NCBI GenBank assembly: GCA_964019335.1
Contig: OZ025732.1
Location: 62,001 to 126,000 of the forward strand
From: Diplonema japonicum
Taxonomy: Eukaryota > Protista > Euglenozoa: Diplonemea
Direction: 5' to 3'
Length of the DNA: 64,000 nucleotides
Below, piece after piece: positions 42,862 through 54,035 of this stretch. A program made the translations under genes and the position numbers. The notes under the pieces are model-generated. The model saw only the letters and a list, made by a program, of their open reading frames with translations. It did not search any database and was not told where the DNA came from. Positions within the stretch are counted from its first letter, which is position 1, and every line of letters begins with the position of its first letter.

Positions 42862-45194
42862 ACAGCAGGGCGGCGGAGATCTGTCCGGGGTACTACAGGA
42901 GATTGCAGCGTTGAAGGCACAACAACAACAGCAAGCACAGCAACAAGCCCAACAACAAAAACAAGCGCAGGACGAGCATAACCACAGGCTGCAGAACATG
43001 ACAGGACTACGACAGGAAGTGGCACAAATTAAGACAGCCCAAACAGAACAAAGCGCCGTCTTAGAAAAACAACACCACCAGCAACAACAACAACTACTGG
43101 AATGGCAGCAGAGGCAAGAAAAGCAGAGAGACGCATGGAAACAAGAGCAGGAACAGAAGCAACAGGGGCTCGACGGGAAGATTGAGACCCTGAAGGCCGA
43201 GGTAGGGGGTGTGACGTCGGTCCTGCAGCAGCTACAGGAGACCATGAACCTCGTACTGAAAAACACAGCGGGGGTACAGGAGGCCGTGGCAGCAGCGACA
43301 GCCGCACAACAAGAAGCGATGCTGGCAACGGAATCAGCCAAAGCAGCAACGAAGGCGGCGACAACAGCAACGGCCGCACTCCCCACACCACAGCCAACAG
43401 AGAAAATACTGCAACAACAACAGCAACAGCAGCCACCCCAAGAGCCAACGCAAACAAGAAGGGAACCGGAAGAGGCACCAGGGAAGGTGGCACAGAAGTT
43501 CGTAAGATCGCGGTCAAGCGAAAGGCCGCCTCAAATGAAGAACCCCAAAGAGGGGGTAAACCTTGACAAGCAGGCAGAGGGGAGAAAAGAACTGGGGAAG
43601 AAGGTGGCCGGAAACAGGCGAGCACAAGCACAGAACGAAAAAAGGTCCCAAACACCGGAACCAATACAAGTGCACGTGCTGAAGAGACCCCAACAAAGGG
43701 GATATGAAACGCGGGCCAACCCCAAACAACCCCAACAAAACCGTCCCCTGCAACAACAACATCAACCCCGCATCTCAAGCAGCATCAAGCGCAGACGAGG
43801 AAGTGGCCTCAAGCCAAGAACATCAACAAAAACAGCAAAGTCCTATACAACACCACCCCGACAAGCAGCAAACAGCGCAGGGGTGTAAAGAAATAGAAAA
43901 AACCACTTGTCAAGCAGCGTCAAGCGCGGACAAAAAGAAAGAAGCAACATGCCAAGGAACATCAACAACCTCGCAACAAATTCCCCGCCAAGCAGCACCA
44001 AGCGCAGACGAGGAGAGAGCAGGGCAAAACACCCCACAAGCAACAACAACGCCGACACCCACACAAGAGCAGCAGCCCCAAAGAACACCCACACCACGCA
44101 CTCCATCAGAAAGATGGATCCCGCCTACACCATCATCGTATCGCAGACATGCAGAGGTGGCAGCATTGATAACAGGGTAACGAATGGAGGGAACCAGCGG
44201 GCACAGGGCGGCGCAGGGGAAGTGCAAAAACGAGAGGTTATGGCTACACAAAGCTAGACAGAAAGAGAGCACCCTGAAGATGGAAGAGAACGAGCGTGCA
44301 CCACTGCACAGAAAGGCAGCGATCCCACCGTGGGAGTGGGAAATCTTGAAAAATCTAACGATACGGACGGAAGGGAGCAGAGTGAAAAAACTCGAGCAGG
44401 CAGAACAGAAGAAAGCTGCCCTGCAGACAATCGCCAAACTACCCAAGGCCGACTACACGGTGTACACCGACGGATCAGTAGCAGACGGCACGGGGGGCGC
44501 AGGCATCTTGATTGAACACGCGGGTGGCACCGTTGAACTGAGCAGGGGTGTGTGCGAACTTTGCGACAGCTACCAGGCAGAGATGACGGCGATAGGCACC
44601 GCACTAGCACACATGGTCCAGAAGGAAGCACAAGGGAAGCAGATCAACCTCCTGACGGACTCGATGGCATGCCTGCAGAAATTGAAGCAGGTACCAGCAG
44701 GGCAACAGGAAGACATGGTGGTCGAGGTGTGGCACAGCATACATGTCCTTCTAAAAAATAAGAACCGCATCACCTGCTGTTACATCCCGGTCACTGCGGA
44801 ATAGAAGGTAACGAGAAGGCAGATGAACTCGCCGAGCAAGGTAGGGATAAGGAAGCGACGCAGAGGATAAGCCTGAACGCGGCGAAGAACTACCTGCAGA
44901 AGACGACGAAGGCGGAGATAAGAACAGGGCTCGATAAAAATCGAGAATACAACAAGTGGACGAAGGGGAGAGAGGCACCGAAGCGGATGGAAAAAAAAAA
45001 AAAAAAAAGAAAAGCCATTAGCCAACAGTGGAAAGAGAATACCCATGTCACAAAGGTGCTAGAACAATAACACAGGCCGACACGAAAGCACGAACGTCTC
45101 AACACACTTCCGTTGGCTCCACACAGCCCAGCTGGGTGGGGTCGGTCTGGCTAGACCAAGAGGAGGTGGAATTTAAAAAAAAAAAAAAAAAAAA
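42862..45194 (+). mobile_element. Internally deleted Ingi-2 (Gln-rich ORF1-like 42911-43888, RNase H remnant 44184-44990, subfamily B 3' end)
   Basis: RNase H is homologous to 135-1223; endonuclease and RT are absent. Assigning the Gln-rich ORF as ORF1 is inference. Confidence 0.7.
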
Positions 45195-45963
45195 TTGCAT
45201 GTCCAGGGCGTGCACTCACTTCTTGGGTGAGGCCCCCCTGGTCGCGGTCCCCCTCGACACACGGGTTGCGATCCCGTGCCTACTGGTCTGTCACGGCTCG
45301 ACGTGGCACTACGCATCCCGCCAGGAACAGGGCTTTCTGCTGCAAACCCAAGGGTTCGGGGACAAGTCCTACTCGACCGTGGCAGCCCTGCTCGCTGACT
45401 TTGTAGGGGCCGGGACCCTCTATTACAACGAATCGCAGTGGTCGACTGTCCTGCATTCCTACAACTAGGAACAATCGGAAACAACCCTACACAATGTAGG
45501 AGTGCCGGCCCGGCGTGCTACGAGGGCGATAGGCTATGCAAGGTTTCACAGACCTCGCACCCTATTATTTAGTTTCCACCCTTTCCGTTTTCTTTCCAAT
45601 TTTTAAGCTTGTTATTACCCTTTCTGCTTTTTCCTTTTCCTACATGTTTTCGGTCCCGGGTATGACGTTAAACTGCGTCCGCCGACGCGTCTGAACCAGC
45701 ACTTCCTGGCGACCAGGCCGTCTTTTCCCTTTTCCTACTTCACTTCGTTCCGCTATTTTCATTATTCTTTCCGGCGATAGACTGATACGGGCCATGGAAG
45801 CAACCTCTGCTTAATTCCTGGTACGTGGGAGGCTCCTCTTGAGGATGTCAGTCACCTTTTCCCTTTTTTATTCGACTCTCTGTTTTCGTATGCAGTATTT
45901 ATTCTTTTCCACCCCTTTTTATCTGTTTCTTCGCTTCTTCATCCTAACTTAAAACCATTTCAG
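45193..45963 (+). mobile_element. Fam-D copy ending TTTCAG inside a UBL-ankyrin gene
   Basis: Followed directly by CCACCTCTGAGACC of the UBL coding sequence. Confidence 0.88.
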
Positions 45964-46576
45964 CCACCTCTGAGACCATCAGCATTGAGGCAGTGGCTTC
46001 GGAGGAGATGAAGAAGGTGAAGGAGAGGATCGCATCGATGGGAGGGTTGGATGTGGACAGCTTCACCCTCACCTTCGATGGGGAGGTGGCGGCTGCTGCT
46101 GACGACGGCGGTGGACAGCTCGTCGGAGATCTTCCATTTGAGGATGGAAGCATGCTTGAAGTGGTGGTGTGCAAGAGGCAGGCGGCTCTGTTGAAACGAG
46201 GGAAGAACACCCCTTTTTTTTACTAATAGTTTAAAGGTAGCGGAAGCACTTCTTGAGCACAATGCTGATGTGAAGGCAAGGGACAATGAAGGGAACACCT
46301 GTCTGCACTACGCTGTTGAAAGAGGTTGGTTCGAAGTGTTACCTGTTCTGCTGAGACACAATGCAGATGTGACGGCAAGGAACGATGAAGGGAAGACGCC
46401 TCTCGATCTTGTCCCCTCTGTGTGATGAGGACATTACCAAAGCGATGCGATACCTGTTGGAGGACCCGAGTCTCGCTCATGATCTGGAGCTGTTCGAAAG
46501 TGGGAGGGAGCTGAGCGACGTCAGCAGGCTTTCTGTTGTTCAACTGATTTCAAAGTGTATTAACATGAGTTGGTGA
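45964..46576 (+). pseudogene. Deleted UBL-ankyrin pseudogene
   Basis: Pieces homologous to 7524-9053, with stops and frameshifts. Confidence 0.85.
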
Positions 46577-46952
46577 TCACTCCACACATGCCTGATTTCA
46601 AGGAGTATTCCCCGTGAGCGCCACAAAAGCCTGTGGGAAACGAAGCAGCAGGGGAACCCCTACATACGTGTGAGGGCACAGGTCTTAGAAGAAGCGTCTC
46701 AAGAGCAACAAAGCGACTCATTTACGAGTTAGATTTAAAAAAAAAAAAAAAAAAAAAAAAGCCATTCTGATTTCAAGGTATACTAGCGACACACCAGCCA
46801 AATTTTACCCCCACCCCGATAACCTGTTTTCTTTTTTTACTTGCTTTTTACTCCTACATACAATATCATTTCAGCCCACCCGATAACGTAATTTAAAAAG
46901 AAGAGAAAAAAAGAATACTGAGGTTTGGCACACCCACAGTAGCCAAAAGAAA

Positions 46953-48509
46953 ATGAAAAGAAAGAGATCAAATGAAGGAATGAACGATATGACAGTGTTC
47001 GTGAAGACGGGAGGCGGGGTTCACGATGTGGAAGTGTCGGGGAAGGAGACGGTGGGGATCCTGTACAAGAAGGCGGGGTGTGCTGCTGGTTTACTCGAAG
47101 GCAAGTTCGAACTGGTTTGGGAGGGCGAGGTCCTGGACAGGAACGGGGGTGAAGATATCCAGGAACTCGGGCTCGTGGAGGGCAGCGTGGTCCATGTGGA
47201 GGCGAAGAAGATGAGAACCGTTCAGCTGGAGGAGCTTGAGAGCTCAGAAGTGGTTTCAGAGCTTGAGGAGCTTGTGAGAGCTGACCCTGAGCTGGTTCTG
47301 GTGGTGGAGGTGGGGAACTCGCCAGCTGTCGAAGTCTTGTCCATGGACAGGACGGTCCTTCCTTCTGAACTTCGGTTCCTCGTTGTCACCGACTCCACAG
47401 GCTGTGTTACAAGGATAGGCTCTGGGTTTCTTCAAGAGTGCGACCACCTGACGTCTGTTGATCTCATCCTCCCCAATGTTTCCACCATTGATGAAAATCT
47501 TTTATATGGGTGCAAAAATTTAGAAACCATCAACTTGAATGCGATGACCAATCTTTCTTCCATTGGTGATCGCTTCTTGTTTGGGTGCGAAAAACTAGAA
47601 ACCATCAACTTGAATGCGATGACCAATCTTTCTTCTATTGGTGATAGCTTCTTGTTTGGGTGCGAAAAACTAGAAACCATCAACTTGAATGCGATGACCA
47701 ATCTTTCTTACATTGGTCATTACTTCTTGTCTGGGTGCGAAAAACTAGAAACCATCGACTTGAATGCGTTGACCAATCTTTCTTCCATTGGTTATTGCTT
47801 CTTGAAGGGGTGCAAAAAACTAGAAACCATCAACTTGAATGCGATGACCAATCTTTCTTCTATTGGTCCTTACTTCTTGGAGGGGTGCGAAAAACTAGAA
47901 ACCATCAACTTGAATGCGATGACCAATCTTTCTTCCATTAGTGATTACTTCTTGTCTGGGTGCAAAAAACTAGAAACCATCAACTTGAATGCGATGACCA
48001 ATCTTTCTTCTATTGGTGATTACTTCTTGTATGGGTGCGAAAAACTAGAAACCATCAACTTGAATGCGATGACCAATCTTTCTTCTATTGGTCCTTACTT
48101 CTTGGAGGGGTGCGAAAAACTAGAAACCATCAACTTGAATGCGATGACCAATCTTTCTTCCATTAGTGATTACTTCTTGTCTGGGTGCAAAAAACTAGAA
48201 ACCATCAACTTGAATGCGATGACCAATCTTTCTTCTATTGGTGATTACTTCTTGTATGGGTGCGAAAAACTAGAAGCCATCAACTTGAATGCGATGACCA
48301 ATCTTTCTTCCATTGGTCATTGCTTCTTGTTTGGGTGCGAAAAACTAGAAACCATCGACTTGAATACGTTGACCAATCTTTCTTCCATTGGTGATTGCTT
48401 CTTGCCTGGGTGCGTATCTCGACTTGAATTTAAAAAGAAAAAAAAAAAAAGTCGGTGTTTAGAAAAGAAGAGGGGAAAAAAAGAAGAAAAAAGAACACCC
48501 TGGCGCTGA
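46953..48509 (+). CDS. UBL + 12-13 near-identical 25-aa LRRs; normal C-cap replaced by an A-rich/Ingi-2 junction
   Basis: 75-nt tandem units at 47521-48413. The start could instead be 46980 (MNDM). Confidence 0.8.
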   Translation: MKRKRSNEGMNDMTVFVKTGGGVHDVEVSGKETVGILYKKAGCAAGLLEGKFELVWEGEVLDRNGGEDIQELGLVEGSVVHVEAKKMRTVQLEELESSEVVSELEELVRADPELVLVVEVGNSPAVEVLSMDRTVLPSELRFLVVTDSTGCVTRIGSGFLQECDHLTSVDLILPNVSTIDENLLYGCKNLETINLNAMTNLSSIGDRFLFGCEKLETINLNAMTNLSSIGDSFLFGCEKLETINLNAMTNLSYIGHYFLSGCEKLETIDLNALTNLSSIGYCFLKGCKKLETINLNAMTNLSSIGPYFLEGCEKLETINLNAMTNLSSISDYFLSGCKKLETINLNAMTNLSSIGDYFLYGCEKLETINLNAMTNLSSIGPYFLEGCEKLETINLNAMTNLSSISDYFLSGCKKLETINLNAMTNLSSIGDYFLYGCEKLEAINLNAMTNLSSIGHCFLFGCEKLETIDLNTLTNLSSIGDCFLPGCVSRLEFKKKKKKSRCLEKKRGKKEEKRTPWR

Positions 48510-48535
48510 GAAACATCTTTGTGGAAAAACCAACG

Positions 48536-48822
48536 TTATTTTTATTTTTATTTTTATTTTTATTTTTATTTTTATTTTTATTTTTATTTTTATTTTTATT
48601 TTTATTTTTATTTTTATTTTTATTTTTATTTTTATTTTTATTTTTATTTTTATTTTTATTTTTATTTTTATTTTTATTTTTATTTTTATTTTTATTTTTA
48701 TTTTTATTTTTATTTTTATTTTTATTTTTATTTTTATTTTTATTTTTATTTTTATTTTTATTTTTATTTTTATTTTTATTTTTATTTTTATTTTTATTTT
48801 TATTTTTATTTTTATTTTTATT
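48536..48822 (+). repeat. (TTTTTA)n microsatellite, ~47 units
   Basis: Read directly from the sequence; another array lies at 49271-49406. Confidence 0.97.
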
Positions 48823-49329
48823 GGGGACCAATGTTTCCAACCTCCCTGTGGTGGTTCCTGGTAATTGTGGTTTGGAGAAGCACAAGCGAAAGGGAAACTC
48901 TCGTTCTAAAGCCGTACACGTGGGGAAACCTGGACGGGGGTGGAGAGCCCACCCTACGCGTGGCGCCAGTTAGCATCGCCCTCAACGGAGAGTCCCTTAT
49001 CCCATTACATCGAACAAGGAGGTGGCTTCACCAGGTCAGGCAAGTAGCCTCCCCGCGGCATCGTGCCAGTGAAGCAAGCCTCCCACAACTCTCCAGTTGG
49101 TGTTTAATTGCTTCTGTGGCCCCTCTCCCTATTTCAATTTCCAAGCTTTCTTTACCTCTCCACTTTTACTTTCTACGGGACCACAGGGGACTTGGGAGGC
49201 TTCGGGGCGAAGTTTCACAAGGGTGGCCGCTGTGTCACATACTGCATGGCACCACTAAAATCGAGACAACTTTTATTTTTATTTTTATTTTTATTTTTAT
49301 TTTTATTTTTATTTTTATTTTTATTTTTA

Positions 49330-49360
<31 letters not shown>

Positions 49361-50417
49361 TTTATTTTTATTTTTATTTTTATTTTTATTTTTATTTTTA
49401 TTTTTAATCTTAGTTTTAAATTGTGTTTTATTTTTAGTTTTATTTTTAATTTTTTTTTTATTTTGTTGTTTCTTTTTCTTATTTTTCTTTCTATCTTAAA
49501 ATTTTTAATCTTCCTAGTTTAAAAGTTTAAAAGAAAGAAAATGCAAAAGATTGTTTGATATGGGTTCTAGGTTTTTAGAAAAAAAAAAAAAGAAAGAACA
49601 CATTCCGAGGGTGGTTTAGGAAAAAGAAAACTTTTTCTTTCTTTTTATTTTTCTTTTTTCTTTTACCCCCTCCATCTCTTCCTCTCAAGTTTGATAGCCC
49701 TCCCTCCCCCCCCCACTTTCTTGAACTTCTTTTCACCTCTTTTCCCCCCTACCTCTCCGTGGTTCCCAGTGAACATGAAAGAAGTGAAAGTAAATAAAAA
49801 AAGCCTTTCCCGTCCCTTGTTCACTCCGCCGTGCACCCCGATATCCTCCTCCCTTTAGTTTCTTCCCCCTAGTTTCGCACGGGTGGGTCCATTGTTATTT
49901 GCCAAAAAAAAAAAAAAAAAAAAAAAAAAAGTGTAAAGTGTTAAACAGCCAGCAAAGCTTGTGGAAAGAGAACACCAAGAAAAAAAAAGAGAGAGAAAAA
50001 AAGACCAGGACACCCCCTCCCCGGTCTGCTTTTTGTTCCTTGATCCCCAAGAGAGTGTACAATCCTGTTTCTCCCAGAAACAGAGAACACTAGGAAGGCA
50101 GCCATAACTTCAAGAAAAAAACTATTCTAGCGCAACGCCGGGGCTGTATGCCCCCTGAAATGCCTCCAGATGTCCCAATTCTAGAGAGAGGGTGACCACA
50201 CCCCCTGACACTGTCAGACATATCCCTTAGCGCAGAAGTTCTTTTTTCGAATCGTCTATATATAGAGGCTCGTTGGTAGATGATTAAAAAAGCAATAAGA
50301 ATACCTCTTTTATTCTTTTTCTTCTCTTTTAATATCTACATGCCCAACCTTGTATCAACAAACAACACAGGATATTACCAAAGGATATTGAAAGAAAACA
50401 AGAAAAGAAACAAAACC

Positions 50418-51563
50418 ATGAAAGGAAGCAAAGGACCATCGGCAGTGACGCTGCATGCGAGGCTCCCCACCTCTGAGACCATCAGCATTGAGGCAGTGGC
50501 TTCGGAGGAGATGATGAAGGTGAAGGAGAGGATCGCATCGATGGGAGGGTTGGATGTGGACATCTTCACCCTCACCTTCGATGGGGAGGTGGTGGTGGCG
50601 GCTGCTGCTGACGACGGCGGTGGACAGCTTGTCGGAGATCTTCCTTTTGAGGATGGAAGCATGCTTGAAGTGGTGGTGAGCAAGAGGCAGGCGGCTCTGT
50701 TGAAACTCTCTGAGATGGGGATCGAAGTGAAAGGAAGGGATTTGTTCGAGATATTTGAAAGCTGTTCAAGTCTGCAAGAGAACAAGATGTGTGAGGTTGT
50801 GAACCTTCTCCTGGATGCTGGGGTGGGTGGTCGGGAGGAGGAGGCAGTTCACTTTGCGATCAAGCACAATCTTCCTTCTTGTGTGGAGGTCCTCTTGATT
50901 CGCACTTCTGTGGACGTGAATTCAGAAGTAGGTCTCCCTTACGATTGGGGATGTTCGTATACAGCACTTCACCGGGCCACTTCGGAGGAGGTGGCGGCTG
51001 TTCTCTTGAGACACAATGCAGATGTCAATGCAAGAGACGGTAATGGTGTTCCTATCCTTCACATAGAAGCATGTAAGGTGCATCCTGGGAGCAAGCTTTC
51101 TGTACTTCTGAAACACAACGCAGATGCGAATGCGAGAGACTGGGAAGGAGATACGATTCTTCATTGCCACCGTGTTCACCCCTCTGCTGTACACCTTCTT
51201 CTTGAACACAAGGCAGACACCGAGGCAAAAGACAACAAGGGGAGAACACCCCTTTTCTTGGCTAATTTAGAGATGGCAAAAGCACTTCTTGAGCACAATG
51301 CTGATGTGAAGGCAAGGGACAACAGAGGGAACACGTGTCTGCACAGCGCTATTAAAAGATGTTGTTTCGAAGTGCTGCCTGTTCTGCTGAGACACAATGT
51401 AGATGTTACGGCAAGGAACGATGAAGGGAAGACGGCTCTCTGTGGTCTGTTGGAGGACCCGAGTCTCGCTCAGGACCTGGAGCTGTTCGAAAGTGGGAGG
51501 GAGCTGAGCGGCAGCAGCAGGCTTCCACTTCTTCAACTGATTTCAGTGACAAGAGCAAACTAG
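50418..51563 (+). CDS. UBL + ankyrin-repeat protein, copy 1
   Basis: Start set at MKGSKG by homology with 7524. Confidence 0.85.
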   Translation: MKGSKGPSAVTLHARLPTSETISIEAVASEEMMKVKERIASMGGLDVDIFTLTFDGEVVVAAAADDGGGQLVGDLPFEDGSMLEVVVSKRQAALLKLSEMGIEVKGRDLFEIFESCSSLQENKMCEVVNLLLDAGVGGREEEAVHFAIKHNLPSCVEVLLIRTSVDVNSEVGLPYDWGCSYTALHRATSEEVAAVLLRHNADVNARDGNGVPILHIEACKVHPGSKLSVLLKHNADANARDWEGDTILHCHRVHPSAVHLLLEHKADTEAKDNKGRTPLFLANLEMAKALLEHNADVKARDNRGNTCLHSAIKRCCFEVLPVLLRHNVDVTARNDEGKTALCGLLEDPSLAQDLELFESGRELSGSSRLPLLQLISVTRAN

Positions 51564-52226
51564 CCCACCGACTAGGAGGAGGTGGCGGCTGTTCTCTTGA
51601 AACACAACGCAGATGTCAACGCAAGAGACGAAGGCGGTGTTCCTATCCTTCACCGAGAAGCATGTAAGGTGCATCCTGGGTAACGTGATAAAAAGAAAAA
51701 AAAAAAGGATACTGAGGTCCGGCACCCGCAGTAGCCAAAAAAAAAAAAAAAAAAAGAAGTGTAAAGTGCCAAACAACCAGCAAAGCTTGTGGGATGAGAA
51801 CGACCGCATCGCTCGACTCCGCAAGGCGCTCACGGGAGAACCTACGAGCACTGAGAGGAAGAACTGATGCAAAGGACCATAGTCTACACACCACTCCACA
51901 GGAAGGCAGCCATAACTTCAAGAAAAAAACTATTCTAGCGCAACGCCGGGGCTGTATGCCCCCGGAAATGCCTCCAGATGTCCCAATTCTAGAGAGAGGG
52001 TGACCACACCCCCTGAACACTGTCAGACATATCCCTTAGCGCAGAAGTTCTTTTTTCGAATCGTCTATATATAGAGGCTCGTTGGTAGATGATTAAAAAA
52101 GCAATAAGAATACCTCTTTTATTCTTTTTCTTCTCTTTTAATATCTACATGCCCAACCTTGTATCAACAAACAACACAGGATATTACCAAAGGATATTGA
52201 AAGAAAACAAGAAAAGAAACAAAACC

Positions 52227-53372
52227 ATGAAAGGAAGCAAAGGACCATCGGCAGTGACGCTGCATGCGAGGCTCCCTATTTTTGAGACCATCAGCATTGA
52301 GGCAGTGGCTTCGGAGGAGATGATGAAGGTGAAGGAGAGGATCGCATCGATGGGAGGGTTGGATGTGGACATCTTCACCCTCACCTTCGATGGGGAGGTG
52401 GTGGTGGCGGCTGCTGCTGACGACGGCGGTGGACAGCTTGTCGGAGATCTTCCTTTTGAGGATGGAAGCATGCTTGAAGTGGTGGTGAGCAAGAGGCAGG
52501 CGGCTCTGTTGAAACTCTCTGAGATGGGGATCGAAGTGAAAGGAAGGGATTTGTTCGAGATATTTGAAAGCTGTTCAAGTCTGCAAGAGAACAAGATGTG
52601 TGAGGTTGTGAACCTTCTCCTGGATGCTGGGGTGGGTGGTCGGGAGGAGGAGGCAGTTCACTTTGCGATCAAGCACAATCTTCCTTCTTGTGTGGAGGTC
52701 CTCTTGATTCGCACTTCTGTGGACGTGAATTCAGAAGTAGGTCTCCCTTACGATTGGGGATGTTCGTATACAGCACTTCACCGGGCCACTTCGGAGGAGG
52801 TGGCGGCTGTTCTCTTGAGACACAATGCAGATGTCAATGCAAGAGACGGTAATGGTGTTCCTATCCTTCACATAGAAGCATGTAAGGTGCATCCTGGGAG
52901 CAAGCTTTCTGTACTTCTGAAACACAACGCAGATGCGAATGCGAGAGACTGGGAAGGAGATACGATTCTTCATTGCCACCGTGTTCACCCCTCTGCTGTA
53001 CACCTTCTTCTTGAACACAAGGCAGACACCGAGGCAAAAGACAACAAGGGGAGAACACCCCTTTTCTTGGCTAATTTAGAGATGGCAAAAGCACTTCTTG
53101 AGCACAATGCTGATGTGAAGGCAAGGGACAACAGAGGGAACACGTGTCTGCACAGCGCTATTAAAAGATGTTGTTTCGAAGTGCTGCCTGTTCTGCTGAG
53201 ACACAATGTAGATGTTACGGCAAGGAACGATGAAGGGAAGACGGCTCTCTGTGGTCTGTTGGAGGACCCGAGTCTCGCTCAGGACCTGGAGCTGTTCGAA
53301 AGTGGGAGGGAGCTGAGCGGCAGCAGCAGGCTTCCACTTCTTCAACTGATTTCAGTGACAAGAGCAAACTAG
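52227..53372 (+). CDS. UBL + ankyrin-repeat protein, copy 2
   Basis: Tandem duplicate. Confidence 0.85.
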   Translation: MKGSKGPSAVTLHARLPIFETISIEAVASEEMMKVKERIASMGGLDVDIFTLTFDGEVVVAAAADDGGGQLVGDLPFEDGSMLEVVVSKRQAALLKLSEMGIEVKGRDLFEIFESCSSLQENKMCEVVNLLLDAGVGGREEEAVHFAIKHNLPSCVEVLLIRTSVDVNSEVGLPYDWGCSYTALHRATSEEVAAVLLRHNADVNARDGNGVPILHIEACKVHPGSKLSVLLKHNADANARDWEGDTILHCHRVHPSAVHLLLEHKADTEAKDNKGRTPLFLANLEMAKALLEHNADVKARDNRGNTCLHSAIKRCCFEVLPVLLRHNVDVTARNDEGKTALCGLLEDPSLAQDLELFESGRELSGSSRLPLLQLISVTRAN

Positions 53373-54035
53373 CCCACCGACTAGGAGGAGGTGGCGGCTG
53401 TTCTCTTGAAACACAACGCAGATGTCAACGCAAGAGACGAAGGCGGTGTTCCTATCCTTCACCGAGAAGCATGTAAGGTGCATCCTGGGTAACGTGATAA
53501 AAAGAAAAAAAAAAAGGATACTGAGGTCCGGCACCCGCAGTAGCCAAAAAAAAAAAAAAAAAAAGAAGTGTAAAGTGCCAAACAACCAGCAAAGCTTGTG
53601 GGATGAGAACGACCGCATCGCTCGACTCCGCAAGGCGCTCACGGGAGAACCTACGAGCACTGAGAGGAAGAACTGATGCAAAGGACCATAGTCTACACAC
53701 CACTCCACAGGAAGGCAGCCATAACTTCAAGAAAAAAACTATTCTAGCGCAACGCCGGGGCTGTATGCCCCCGGAAATGCCTCCAGATGTCCCAATTCTA
53801 GAGAGAGGGTGACCACACCCCCTGAACACTGTCAGACATATCCCTTAGCGCAGAAGTTCTTTTTTCGAATCGTCTATATATAGAGGCTCGTTGGTAGATG
53901 ATTAAAAAAGCAATAAGAATACCTCTTTTATTCTTTTTCTTCTCTTTTAATATCTACATGCCCAACCTTGTATCAACAAACAACACAGGATATTACCAAA
54001 GGATATTGAAAGAAAACAAGAAAAGAAACAAAACC

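Noticed and set aside
48430-49499. ORFs of poly-NK, poly-FL and poly-FY
   Set aside because: Translations of the (TTTTTA)n microsatellite.
50280-50417. N-terminal extension of the tandem ankyrin ORFs
   Set aside because: The paralog at 7524 starts at MKGS, and the extension is low-complexity UTR-like sequence.
51096-51108. SL-like TTTCTGTACTT in ankyrin genes
   Set aside because: Only 11 nt, in-frame coding (KLSVLL), and the flanks do not match the SL.
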